Both the position numbers and the translations under genes were made by a program. A stretch of 63,169 nt of DNA, filler included, from Sphacelaria rigidula (taxonomy: Eukaryota): NCBI GenBank assembly GCA_964200075.2. It is 8 parts of 8 records of this genome, joined end to end, with 100 filler letters (N's around TTAATTAATTAA, not from the genome) between each part and the next. Parts side by side here need not be neighbours in the genome. Positions count along the whole stretch, not along the records: positions 1 to 7,810 come from CAXNAA020013383.1; positions 7,911 to 15,720 come from CAXNAA020013384.1; 6 more parts are not named here. One strand, 5' to 3'. Positions 1-11,612 of the stretch are shown here, in pieces (the stretch's first letter is position 1; each line of letters begins with the position of its first letter). The notes below the pieces were generated by a model. The model searched no databases. It worked only from the letters and a program-made list of their open reading frames with translations, and had not been told where the DNA came from.

Positions 1-675
1 GATGCGAGGTCAATGGTCTTATGACTATGGCATGCATGGTCATGAGTACACCCCCCCCCTCCCGGAGGAGATTTTTTTCGAAAATTGTCATGATTTTTGA
101 CATTTTTGATTGAGATTTTTTTTGTGTTTTTGTTGCTGTTGAAATTGTTGGAAGAAATTGATAAACAAACACTGACAAAAACGGAAAAGCCTGGCGGACT
201 TTGCGAGGCCCGTATATTTGCTTCTGCTTCCTGCCCGCCCTGTCCCAATGACCTCGGATGCCGGCAACGCTCACACACATCTTTGTACAATACACGAGCG
301 CGCCTGTAGCCAAAGTAGCAACATTATCTCACGCCTCGCCAAATTTTCCCGGGCTACTAGTGGTAGGTAGTCGAGGCACACGACACGGAACATGATCCCA
401 TAAATGTAATCATGGTAGGTGATGAGCTTAGAGGGGCCGTGCGTCCGTCATCTCAGCGGTCTCTAGGCCAAGGATCGCTGTACACGACAGCTGACCGTAC
501 CCGCCAATGCCTCGGCAATAAATAAGGGAACAGCAGGCTGGGTTCCCCCCCCCCCGTTGAAAACTCGAATTTTCGATCTTGGGGCGTACTTGTCCCGAAA
601 AATATTTTTGACAGACCCTTGGATACGTCTATCATGTGACCACGGATAGATCCCTGGGGAGTCAGTTAAAGTGCG

Positions 676-676
<1 letters not shown>

Positions 677-707
<31 letters not shown>
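677..707 (+). repeat. (CAAT)7 microsatellite
   Basis: Direct reading of tandem CAAT units. Confidence 0.95.
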
Positions 708-708
<1 letters not shown>

Positions 709-1444
709 TAAGACTTCAGTACGTCAGCAAACACGAACCTCTCTCAGCATCCGTCGGTAGACAGTAACTGGATGTTTATGAAGATGATTACATTCCCATA
801 AATACATGAGCACGTGCCGTGTGCGGTCGAGGTGCGATAGGGCGGGGTACCAACCCGCATCATCATGACAAGGGGTACCGCAGGACACCACCTTCCTCAC
901 TCTCTTCGAACGGTTTGCTGCACTTGCGTGTATCCTGATGAGGCTTCCCCCCGTGCGTTGGTTCTACACGGTTTTGCTGATTCATTGCTCAGGGTGCTGA
1001 TCTAGACCCAGAGCTCGCGGACGGCTTCGTGAACGACAACCGCTGTTTCCTCCCCTTCGACAGCCCAGAGTTCCTATGCTCTGACTGCAGCCAGTTGCTC
1101 TTGGGATTCCCTGACACCGTACCGCCGTAGTCGACGAATGGAGCTGGAGGTGACCGCATTTTAGGTCAAGTGTAGTGATCGCCCGGTGCTGGTGCAAACC
1201 TTTGCGTACCAGCAACTACTACTACAGGTAGCAGCAGTATGCGTGTAATGCAGCACGTTGATGCAGAGATGAATTTCAATTTTCGGTCTGGTGTCACGGG
1301 GTTAAGAACTACGTGTAGTAGCACATATCGCGAGTACAATTGTAGCGTGTTGTCCAAGGCGCTGTCCGAGTAAAAAACGCTGGAACGCTACTAGAATACT
1401 GTAGCGTAGTGGCATCCCCTCACTATTTTCGCAGTTCTCGACAT

Positions 1445-2111
1445 TGTAGGTTATTGTAGAGTCCACCCGCTCGTGGAGCCTTGGACGCACGTCGCGCCTG
1501 CCTACAGATTCAAGCAGTACTAGCTCGAGACATCAAGCACGAGGTAGGTGGGAGTGTAAAATGCAGGGCATGAAGCCTTGGACAGCCAGATGTATCGAGA
1601 CCGCAGAATATCCAGGGTCTGGACGCTGGGTGTCAGGGGATCAGGAGTGAAAATCTCGTGTAAGTCGATGTCTCCAGTGTCTAGGCGCTGGGTATCAGAG
1701 CGGGGGAAGTGGGAATCTCGAACTGAGTTGATGTATGTAGAAGAGCTATATATGCTTGTATGTAAGTAGGCGTATGTGCAGCTATGATGATATGCGTGGT
1801 GTCACCCGAGGCCAATCATACGCGAGCAAATCGGCTCGATACGGCCAATCACATACCGAAAGGTCATCGTTCCCCACTTATTGCTTGCTGTGTGGTATGA
1901 TTCGAGAGGCATTATATCTGTTGCAGTCGTGGTGTCCGCTGCTCTGTGCCCTGGTGATAAATGTCGCACCCTGCCACGAGGTAACGTGCGCCCGACTGTT
2001 TGCCAAAATAATTAGACACATGATCCTCATTTGCAGGATATGGAACATAGATGTACGCGTGTGATATTGAGGTGTATATCTTGCATCGGTATCTACTGGA
2101 CAGATGACCAT
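1445..2111 (-). mobile_element. Degenerate Ty1/Copia 3' end: RNase H C-terminal remnant, polypurine tract and putative 3' LTR
   Basis: Minus ORF 1878-2111 reads ..YTPQYHTRT.. and ..HVTSWQGATFITRAQ.., resembling Copia RNase H motifs NPxYHxRTKH and QxADxFTKA. It is followed by PPT-like TAAGTGGGGAACGA, then TG at 1866. The LTR end (..CCTACA at 1445) is tentative. Confidence 0.55.
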
Positions 2112-2179
2112 CTATCTGGTAATATCATTGGCCGTTTTTGTGATCAAAAATAGTACTGGATTGACGAACAATATTTGCG

Positions 2180-2480
2180 CCATGGTTGTGATCGATGTTG
2201 ACGTTTGTGGCTCGAGAGTGATCGATGAAAATGTGTGGCTTGGAGGTGCATACCTTCAATATTCTGGATATTGTTTTGGAGGCATGGTCGTTTTTGGCGT
2301 CTGTGGATTGAGAGCGATCGACGAAAATGTGTGGCTTGGAGGTGAAAACATTCAAGATTCTGGATAATATTGTGTTTTAGGCATGATCATTGTTGGCGTC
2401 TGTGGCTTGAGGGTGATCGTCGAAAATGTGTGGCTTGTAGGTGAATACATTCAAGATTCCGGATATTGTTTCGGGGGCAT
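2180..2480 (+). repeat. Three tandem degenerate copies of a ~98-bp unit
   Basis: GAAAATGTGTGGCTTG..TTCAAGATTC.GGATA-like core recurs at ~2227, ~2323 and ~2422. Confidence 0.85.
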
Positions 2481-3494
2481 CGTTGATTTGAGGCATGATG
2501 TATCGGATGGGACTACCGGAGACGACTTATCGTTGGCTCCCCTCTCGACGCCATTTCACGCTACTGTTGTAGCTACTTCCATCCAATAGGAACGCTGTCG
2601 ATTCGTATATATACAGTAGACTAAAAAAAAAGAAACACTTCCGTCAGGATATTGATTCTCTTCTCGAACAAATCTCGCCTCTGGCGCTCGAGTCTCCATA
2701 CGACGTTGAGAGCATAGTGAGGGTGTGATTGTTCTCGAATTCGACATGTTCTCCCAAGTATAGCTCACACTTAGATCACCGAAGGAAGTCGTTTAAACCT
2801 GTCAAGTTTGTTGGAACACCAGGTTACAAACCAACCTTCAGCTAGAAAGCCCATGTTTCATCGGTATTCCGGGACAATGGTGAGGTCTGTGAATGTCTCA
2901 ACGGATAGCCGTGAAAGCTAGCACAGCATGGGAATTCCGCTCTCTCGCGCGCGCCAGGCTAGCATCAAACTGTGTCTCGGTTTTTGTGTCGATCTTTGTT
3001 ATCGCGTCGAAATTTATTAGGAGTTTCTATTCTATTTCTGACCTGTCTGATCTTTTGCGCGGACAAACCTTTCGTGTTGGCGTTTGTCTTGTTTGGGACA
3101 TGGACGGGTCACACGTGAGTGGTATTACGGCCCACACAGTCGCTCGTCCATCTCGGCTTGTTGTGCCCCCGGTGCACCGTGTTGGATGTGCGCACCTTTT
3201 TCGAGGAATGGTAAAAGAGGATCGTCGTGCTATTATCATAGTGGGTTCAAGAAGACATGCTGCACACGCTGATGTCCATGACATACTACGGTAACTGCAC
3301 CAAGTAACTCTACACGTTACATTTTTTGGTACACCTTGTTGTCTTGCTCTGTGCACTCTCACGTAGTGTTGCCTTCGACACAACATTGTTGATTCATGCA
3401 CATCATTTTACAGTGTAGTCACCCCGTGGTTTGGACAATGCTTCACTTTCGCGTGAAGAATTCAACGTGTTCCCACGCCACAGCTCATCCTCAA

Positions 3495-3596
3495 CCCTTA
3501 GATCGTGATGCGGGTGGTCCATCTGGATCATGCATTCTTTTTTAAAGTGAGCATTGATGTCGATTCGGCAGGTGACCTACCTTCGCGGCCAAAGGG
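3495..3596 (+). mobile_element. Diverged copy of the ~100-bp piggyBac-type MITE
   Basis: CCCTTAGA...CGCGGCCAAAGGG ends and internal GATGTCGATTC core match copies at 29223 and 56899. Confidence 0.7.
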
Positions 3597-5213
3597 TTGC
3601 ACAGGGAATCCTGAAAACCCATTTGTCGTAGGAGCGAAGTGAGGTCGAATTTCTATACAATATTACGCGATTCGGGCGAGTAAAATGATGATTCGACTCA
3701 AATTCAACATGATTTGTACGAATCAATCGTACGACTCGTACACAAGTAAAAACATTCTGTTGATGCGTGGGGATAGAAATATGACTGGCGCTGCTACGGT
3801 ATGGGTCCACAAAACATTTTTCAGGTGAACGTAAACGATGACACACGGGAGAGCATGCCACGATAAGCACTCGAAAGGGCTACGGGTGTATCGAATGGAA
3901 TTCAGAAATAAAATTTAGAATGGGAATGTCTTCACCCATCATCTATTGCCACCATTAAATCGAGAAGCCCCTCAGTGAGAAACATCTGGACCCAAGTGTG
4001 CAACCCCTTCCGCGTGGCATGGCTCCAATTTCCGCCACGGACGGCCTCACGCGTCGTTCAGGGATTTTTGGCCAGATTCCTTCACCCAATATGTTGCTGA
4101 TCAAACACTGCAAGCCCCTTTGCCCATTGATTCTCTCCTCCTGCCATCTCCGCGAAATTTGTGCTCACTTCGCGTTGTCACTGCTTTGATGGACACGTGG
4201 ATATATATTTTGCTAGCTACTTGAGATACCCTTGCTTTGACTGGTACATGGCGAAATAACTCCCGCACAGATATGGGCCAGAGTGAGAATTTGAAAAGTA
4301 TTGAGAACACAGTGCAGAACTCTAAATTAACCATGGAGGGGAATACGTTTCATAATACTACTGTCTTCATCAAGCAGTACATTCTTGGGAGAAGAGTGCT
4401 TCAATCGTGTCGTGAAAAACGAGCGGCTCCTCCCAAAAACTAATCGTGGAATGGTTCTATCCTGATTACCGACGCAAAACATCGTTAGGTCCAAAAATGA
4501 ATTTGTATTCGCATCCTAATCTTACTCGGGGTCTTCGAAGGACCAACAACTACAGTACAAATATCGTCATGTCCACCCCACCTATCGAGGAGCCACACAG
4601 ACACACAATAGCCTGTCCACGCAGAGGAGCTGCCATATCAACGATGATGGCTATCCTCAAGAGCCTACTGTCGCAAACCAAGGAGCCGACCCCGGTGCAA
4701 TCGCCTCTCAGCGAACGGGGAGAAAATATTTCAGCAATACTTTCCGGGTGCATGATCCGAAGCCGGAAAATAATGGACTGAAACTAATAACAAAATTGCT
4801 GCCTTGTTCAAAGGTGAGAATAGCGATAGCAACAGAAGATCGGCAACCTATATCGACCAACACTGCCCGCACACCACTACATATATTTCTACTTCCTTCG
4901 CTGCACAGCGATCCACACGGCAACCTAGCAATATGGAAATGCCGTGGCTTCACTAATAACCGTCAGCTTCCCCCGTTATCCAGTTTCTAACACATACGCT
5001 AGACAGGCCTGCTCCGGGGCTTTCCTGACCATTGCACATCAACGTTTGGGTGACCTCCACCCTAAAATTTTCTCAACACGCGGAGGACATCTTCTGCACG
5101 AAGCACTCCAACGCCACGTTTTGGTATCAAAATCTGACCACCACAGCCATCGTGGGGATAAATTTCTGTACACTAAACACGCTCAACTCCGCCCCGCCAA
5201 CCCGCTGGCTCAT

Positions 5214-6698
5214 CTAAACGCCCCCGTCAAAGTAGTCATCCTCTCCCCCCGGGATTGTCGATGGGTCCCCGAACCCTGCGCCGCCGCCGCCGCTTCCGCT
5301 CCCATCCCCTGCTCCCATGACGCCGTCAGTCTCGAAACCTCCGCCCTCCCTGTTGTCACTGCCAGGGGCACCAGTGTTAAGCCCCGCGTCGTGGTGTTCA
5401 TTGATGCCTGTGCTGTACGCAGCGATTGAGCTGTCATCGGCGGTCGGACCGGCTGCGGTGGCGGCTGCGACGTCACCAAATCTGCTGAAGCCCTCGTAAC
5501 TCCCGTTGCCCTCGTCGGTATTTCCGCTGCTACCGCGACCACCAAGGCTGCTGCTGCCCACCCCACCGTTGCCAATTCCGCCCTCTGAGATTTTGCCGCT
5601 ACCATCGCCACCCCCGATCGTCGCAGGGGATGCTGCGGTGTCAGACGCCGCAGAGATTACTGCACCGGTTTCTCCAGACTTGATGGATGCCGGACCCGAT
5701 TCCACGATCTCGCCACTTCCAACCCCACCCCTGACATGCGTGTACCCGCTTCCGGCACCGCCGAATGCACTCGCGCCAGGAAAGGGATAAGAGAACGAAC
5801 CCGAAGACATCGCGGGGACCGCGCTGTTTGACGACGACGGTCGGCGGCGGGTGGATGGCATTGGCGGCCCCGGGTGAGGCAAGTTGATCGGAGGTGGAGT
5901 TGACTGCGGCGTTGGTGCAGGCTCTTCTCCCTCTCCCTTGTCCTGCGCCAACTGCTGCTGCTTGTGCTTCGCTGGTGGCGCCACTGCCCCGGTTGCAGCG
6001 GCAGAATTGTAGTATCCGTGGATCGGCGGCGGGCCGGCCACGACGGTCGCCTGTCGCGGTGACTGTGGTGGTCCGTTATCGTAAATGCCTTGCGTAGGCG
6101 GCGGGCCCGTCACAGCCATTTCCTGCTGCGGTGGCAACTCCGGCTGTGCAGTACCGTAGTACCCGTGCAAGGGCGGCGGACCACCCACCAGCGGAGCCTC
6201 CGCCGGGACCGGGGCCATCTCTGAGCCCCCACGCCCAGCCGGCACTTCGTCAACCTGTTGCCACTCCCCCTGACTATCCGTGCTGACGCCCGCGGTCTCA
6301 TGGCTTCCGTCGTCCGGGTGTTCTGATTCTACCCGCCCTCCTCCGCTAGATTCCTTATGTTGCCCAATCACAGCGTCGCCCTCGACACGCACGGGGATAA
6401 CCGCCGGCTCCGCCTCACCAGCCGCTTCATCCGACCCGCCCCACCCACCGATCTCCTCTTCCTGATTGAGGTCACTAGCCCCGTGCGCTTCCCGTCCTTT
6501 CAACCCAGGGACACTGTGAACGTCTCCAGAGTCATCGGGACTGCCCCTGAATCCTTCACTCGTATGGCTGTTGTGGCTCCTCACGCGGTTGTCGGGAAGC
6601 GGGAGCTGGTGTGAAGGACCTGCTGTCGCTGCCCACGCCTCCGTCGGAGGGGAGGCGGCGTTCGGTGATTGCGGAAGCGGGGCCTGTGATGCCGCAAC
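5214..6698 (-). CDS. Terminal exon (~494 aa) of an unknown Pro/Gly/Ser-rich disordered protein
   Basis: Long GC-rich ORF, CAG acceptor at 6701-6699 (phase 0), stop TAG at 5216-5214. Three internal GPPPxxGxY repeats and an acidic C-terminus EDDYFDGGV. Confidence 0.8.
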   Translation of the reverse strand, partial: VAASQAPLPQSPNAASPPTEAWAATAGPSHQLPLPDNRVRSHNSHTSEGFRGSPDDSGDVHSVPGLKGREAHGASDLNQEEEIGGWGGSDEAAGEAEPAVIPVRVEGDAVIGQHKESSGGGRVESEHPDDGSHETAGVSTDSQGEWQQVDEVPAGRGGSEMAPVPAEAPLVGGPPPLHGYYGTAQPELPPQQEMAVTGPPPTQGIYDNGPPQSPRQATVVAGPPPIHGYYNSAAATGAVAPPAKHKQQQLAQDKGEGEEPAPTPQSTPPPINLPHPGPPMPSTRRRPSSSNSAVPAMSSGSFSYPFPGASAFGGAGSGYTHVRGGVGSGEIVESGPASIKSGETGAVISAASDTAASPATIGGGDGSGKISEGGIGNGGVGSSSLGGRGSSGNTDEGNGSYEGFSRFGDVAAATAAGPTADDSSIAAYSTGINEHHDAGLNTGAPGSDNREGGGFETDGVMGAGDGSGSGGGGAGFGDPSTIPGGEDDYFDGGV

Positions 6699-7810
6699 CT
6701 GTCGTATCAACCGTACACACATACGCAAATGACGCAAAGATTGGCAACCCAGGAGACGAACGCAAGGACTTCGCGAACTGCGCGCAAAATACTAGAATAG
6801 ACGAGACGAGAGCAGGGCGCGAAACTAGTTGGAGAGCTTTCATCACTCCCGATTGTATTCGTCCAAATATTTGGTTTGCTGAAACTGCTCATGACAATGA
6901 CCTCATACGCACAAGTCAGTGGTCGCGCTCATGTGCCGACAGCGCACAACGGTAGATGGTTTTATACAAAGGGCGCAGAACCTGATGTAAGTTCACACAT
7001 CGCGCATGAACCCTACTCCCGTTGTCATGCAGGACTGTTTTGGGGGTGAATGGGGCCCGATTTCGGGCACTATATTTCTGAAAAGTGGACCGACCACTAT
7101 CCACTACAGAAAAATGATCCGTAATCGAGCCAATCGTATCAATCACAGATACAGACGTCATCTCCGAATGACGATCTCGCTAATATGGAATGAACTCTAA
7201 CTTGGGCACATATTCACAAGCCTACGAGTGGTCGGTGTCGCGGAAATGTAGTTGCTCCCGCGACTGCACTGATATAGTGTTGTGTGCTTGTATTGTTTAG
7301 CTGTTGCACTCGGGAAGCACACGCCCACTACGTTCCACCCCACATTCACCGTCCTTCTCAACACCAGCAGTCAAGAACACGAAAAGTGGCAGTAGTTGCG
7401 GGTGTCACCCACAACAACCCTACTTAACCCTTTAACTCACATATCACAAAAACGAAGCAGCAGAGAGTATTCAAACAATTAGCACAAGTGTCGAATATCG
7501 TTGAACAAGTGAGGGATGATGTAGACAAGGTTGACGAAGAAAAAGCTATTCACGCTGTGCGGCTGAGCTGCATATGGCATACCTCGCACCTTTCGGTGAT
7601 GGCGGGTTTGGATAGCAATTGCTTAATGGGCCCCATGGGCTCAGGTTCGTGGCACGAGCGGAAGAAATCACTTTTGTGTTCTCCACCCCTGAGAGCAAAC
7701 CTTCAACGGCAAACTTTACCTCTGCGACACAAGACAGAAGATATTCGGAGCCATCAGCGTTGAACCGTCACGTTGCCGTTTGTGTCATGCTGACCACCAT
7801 GGCAGCGCAA

Positions 7811-7910
7811 NNNNNNNNNNNNNNNNNNNNNNNNNNNNNNNNNNNNNNNNNNNNTTAATTAATTAANNNNNNNNNNNNNNNNNNNNNNNNNNNNNNNNNN
7901 NNNNNNNNNN
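7811..7910. other. Artificial contig linker
   Basis: N44-TTAATTAATTAA-N44, giving stops in all six frames. Confidence 0.99.
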
Positions 7911-7955
7911 GCGTGCTATGTCCATGGGCCCCCCCCCCCCCCCCCCTCATTCCTT

Positions 7956-8030
7956 GCTCCGTCTCGAAAGGGATACGTAGTCAATGGTCAAACGACTAAG
8001 GCACGCAACAAATGAGTACGCCCCCCTCCC
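7956..8030 (+). repeat. Dispersed repeat (GCTCCGTCTCGAAAGGGATGCGTGGTCAATGG...ATGAGTACG-polyC)
   Basis: Related copies at ~1-60, 15821-15885, 16350-16490(-), 18490-18553(-), 24890-25125(-) and 54990-55065(-). Confidence 0.85.
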
Positions 8031-8069
8031 TTATTCCTGGACGTTGATTTCCAAATTACTAAACGATAG

Positions 8070-8483
8070 GTACGATGATATGGACTGGATTCGAGGCAGG
8101 CCTCCAGATGCGCTCTTGTTTCTGAAGGCCTTGGTGAAGGCGGCTTCCAAAGACCTGTCTCCCTCCAGTCCTTCCCCGTTCCCCGAGCAACCCAAACGCC
8201 TCCCCGACCCTCATGATCACCTTCCGGTGGTCAGGGGCTCGTCGGCAGCCACCTCGGCGCAGCCGCCTTCGGCGCGTTCGCTGCCGTGCCCTCTTGATCC
8301 AACGACGTCTGCTGAGGGCAGCGAGCTCAAGCGCGGCGATGTGAGTAAAACTGCGGTTCATGGCGCGGACGCGCGGCGGTTAGCGGAAGGGGCCTTGCTG
8401 GGGCCGCTGAGAGAGGTCGGAACGTTGGCCGGGGCGGTGAGGGGGCGAGTTGGGGATGGGCTCCGAGAAAGAGCGGCTGTCAG
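8070..8483 (+). CDS. Contig-2 gene, exon a (internal)
   Basis: TAG acceptor 8067-8069, donor AG|GTTTGT; phase 2 joins exon b in frame. Encodes YDDMDWIRGRPPDALLFLKALVKAA...RERAAVR. Confidence 0.7.
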
Positions 8484-9092
8484 GTTTGTGGTTGATATTT
8501 GGTGGTAACTGGATGACTTTTCCGACCGGACTTTTTTCACACCATTAACTGTAATCGCGTGTTTGTTCTGCGCGTTTGATGTTGCATGGACGCTGGTTAC
8601 CTTGTTTTGTATTTTTGCACGGGGGAGGGAAATTATACATCAAATCGTACTCACCTAGTCTTCCAGGTGACTCAATTTTTCAAGTACTTCCGGGGTTCAT
8701 GCTGGTGGTGGGGGAAGGGAGGAGGGGGGGGTCCCTCACGCGTACGCGGCGGTGTACGTTTTGTTTTTCTCGGAAGGTAAAACTCATTCGCGGAGAATTC
8801 AGCGGGGCTTTCTTAGCGCCAGCCAGGTGTTTGTTGTCTACGCTGTCGCGCTATCTTGTGTTTTGGCTATCGACCTGTATGTGGAACCAAAAATGATTTT
8901 CGGGCCGTGTTCCGCGCACTGCTATACCGACGAGTAGAGTAAATTTCTCCCTGCTTGCCAGTCCCCGCACCTCCGTCCCTTCGAGGACGCGTGGTCATCA
9001 GTCTAGTATTTGAAAGATCCAAGACAAGAATACAAAATACGCCCCCCTTCCCCCGCGCGTGCGCCTCCTCTCCACAACCTCCGTCTGGACAG

Positions 9093-9746
9093 AGCTGCCA
9101 AAGATTTGGCCGACCTGTTGCTTCAAGAAGAAGCAGCTTCCACGGAGGCGGTCAATGGAAAACGTCACATGAGATCGTCGCCAACGTCATCTGCTCGAGG
9201 CGGCGGAGGGTCTGGTCGTACGCATGACGGCGCAAGCGCAGGTGCAGGCAGGTCCAAAGTTCGCGGAAAGAAGAAAGGCCTCAAGAAGAAGCGCGGCGGC
9301 GGCGGCGGCGGCCGGGGAGGCGCTAGTGGTTCGACAACCGGAGATAGAACACGAGAGGTCGCCGAGGCCAGCAACAATTCCCCCGCAACGGCTGCAGGAT
9401 CGAGCGCCCTTGACACCGTTGATTCTCCGGAAGCACAAGTTGAGGTGAATGATGGCCAGACGCGAGCCGATGATAACGGCCGTGACAAGAGCGTGGCTGA
9501 TGAAGGAGGCTACTCTACCGATGCATCGTCACAAGAAGAGGATCTGGAGATGCTGCGTCGTGAAACGGCGGGGGCGAAAGGGTTGGAGAGGTCGCGAAAG
9601 CATGGCCGTGCTGACGCTCGTGGGGCTGAACGGGAAAGGGGAGATGGATATGGAGGGAGGCGAAGGGAGGAGTCGACGGACGACGAGGAGGAGCAGAGGG
9701 GAGTGGTGAAGAAGCTCAGATTGAGGACGGAAGTCGGACGCATGGG
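9093..9746 (+). CDS. Contig-2 gene, exon b (acidic helix, Lys-rich NLS-like patch)
   Basis: CAG acceptor, GG|GTGAGG donor, phase 2/2. Encodes AAKDLADLLLQEEAAS..GKKKGLKKKRG. Confidence 0.8.
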
Positions 9747-9932
9747 GTGAGGAGTGGGAAGCGTCTGACTCGAGTCACAATGTCGCCGTAGTTTCCAGTC
9801 GTGGCTTCAAGGTTTTCACGCCGGTGATTTTCACGCCGGTACTCGCTTTGTTGTTTTGTTTCACATCTGTTTTAGGTGCTGCCTCGTTCGAGCATCTTTT
9901 TCTTGTTTTGTGCTTTCAGCTTTATGTCGGTG

Positions 9933-10190
9933 GAGCAATGCTACGGTAGGGGTGTGCTTTTCTCGCGTTTTTTTTTTTCTGGTTCAGGGGCTCCTAACGA
10001 TTCCAGACGCACTAGAATATGGGTTAGGGCATCCCCGTTTGCAGATTTATTCGGGATATCTCCAGCACATTAAGTAGTAATCCTGGCGTACTCTCGCATA
10101 GTTTCATAAGTCGTGTTTTGGATGAGATGAAGGGCTCTTAACATTTCTAACCTCAGAAAATATTTGTGTACCCCAACCGTAGCATCACTC
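9933..10190 (+). mobile_element. 258-bp non-autonomous TIR element, Sola2-like
   Basis: TIR GAGCAATGCTACGGTAGGGGT / ACCCCAACCGTAGCATCACTC, 4-bp TSD GGTG on both sides, intronic, homologous to 35380-35637. Confidence 0.85.
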
Positions 10191-10289
10191 GGTGTGATTG
10201 TTTCTGTCAGAAACCAGCGTGTCCAAGAAACGCGACCAATCACGCCTCTCCTGCACTTCGCTCCGTTGTACCTTGTACCTCAGCTCTAG

Positions 10290-11073
10290 GCCCAACGTCG
10301 GCGCGACAACAGGAAGGATGGGTGTGACAATTCTTGCCACCGCCGGCCGTGGTACCACCAGCTGTGGTAACGGAGCAGGTGACGGCTTCGTCGTCCCTGT
10401 CGACATGCGCAGAAAAGCCAAGCTCAGAGCCTCGGTGCACTCCTTGGTCCTGGAAGTGGTGGAGAACGCTCTCACCCTGTGTATTCCTGCTCCGAAGACC
10501 TCGTTGATATCACCGGAAAAGAACGTGAAGCAACAACGCTCTCGACGGGCCGGCGGCAGCGGGGGGGGCTTTTCTGCATCCACAACAACTACAGCTGTCT
10601 CGGTACCCCCTCGGACAGCAGCCCCGCAGGATAAAACGCCGTTCACCATGCGGAAAAACAATGCTGCCGCAAAAGTCACAACGGCGTCGTTGAGATATTT
10701 ACCTAGACAATTAGCTCCCGGGTCGATTACAGTGACGGTCCCCCAAAAGCCTCCGCTGCCCCCGCCTCCCGTGTCGTTGACGCGGGCTTGGCCTTCACCA
10801 GCAGAGTCCTTATTGTCTGCTCCGCGCCCCGCATGGGATATCCCGAATACTGGTCCTTCGGCCGTTGCGCAGGGGAGTGGCGAAGGAGGTGGAGGCCGCA
10901 ACGTTTCGCTTCAGGCGACGATTCTAATGCCGCCACCCTCGCCGACACCGCCTCCGACGCCATCGATTAACACTGTTCATAGCGGTACCGCTGCTGTCGG
11001 CCCGACAGTAGCTCAGGCTGTGGCAAAACCGCGCAGGCAGTCGTCGAGGTTGGGATCGCCGAGACCGAGGGAA

Positions 11074-11109
<36 letters not shown>

Positions 11110-11262
11110 ACCGGTGGCGATGTTGGTGGTACCCGACTGGTAACTCGAAGGAGAGAGCCAAGAAGAGAGTCGAGGAGGGACGCGGCGGCGATAATCAACG
11201 ATGCGGATGAGAGGATGTCTTGGTCGAGTTTTGACAGCTTGGATGTCCGGGTTGATGACCAG
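10290..11262 (+). CDS. Contig-2 gene, exon c (Pro/Gly-rich)
   Basis: TAG acceptor (alternative in-frame CAG 6 nt upstream), CAG|GTGCGT donor, phase 2/0, within ORF 10198-11385. Confidence 0.8.
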
Positions 11263-11612
11263 GTGCGTAGGAGAGGAGGCAGGTGGCGAGTATGGTGTAG
11301 TTTGGTAGTGCGGCGATTTAATGGTCTTGTTGGGAAATCGTTCTGCGTGTGGGAGTTGGGAACATGCGCTTGCGGGACAGCTTAAACCGCACCAACCAAT
11401 TCGTGTTTCGAATCACTGGTTATGATGCCCTCGTACTCTCCTATGATACGGCAGCTCTCAGCACCGCGGCCACAACAATCCACACCCTATTCCATAGCCT
11501 AGTCAGCCAAGTGCTTGCAGTGTCAACCTCGTATGTAGTCGTTCAAACACTCGATCATAAAACCCAACACTCGCCGTTCTCATCGTCCTGCCCCTTGACA
11601 CACTCCGAGTAG

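Noticed and set aside
7855-7866. TTAATTAATTAA as a biological repeat or piggyBac target
   Set aside because: It is a synthetic six-frame stop linker embedded in N padding.
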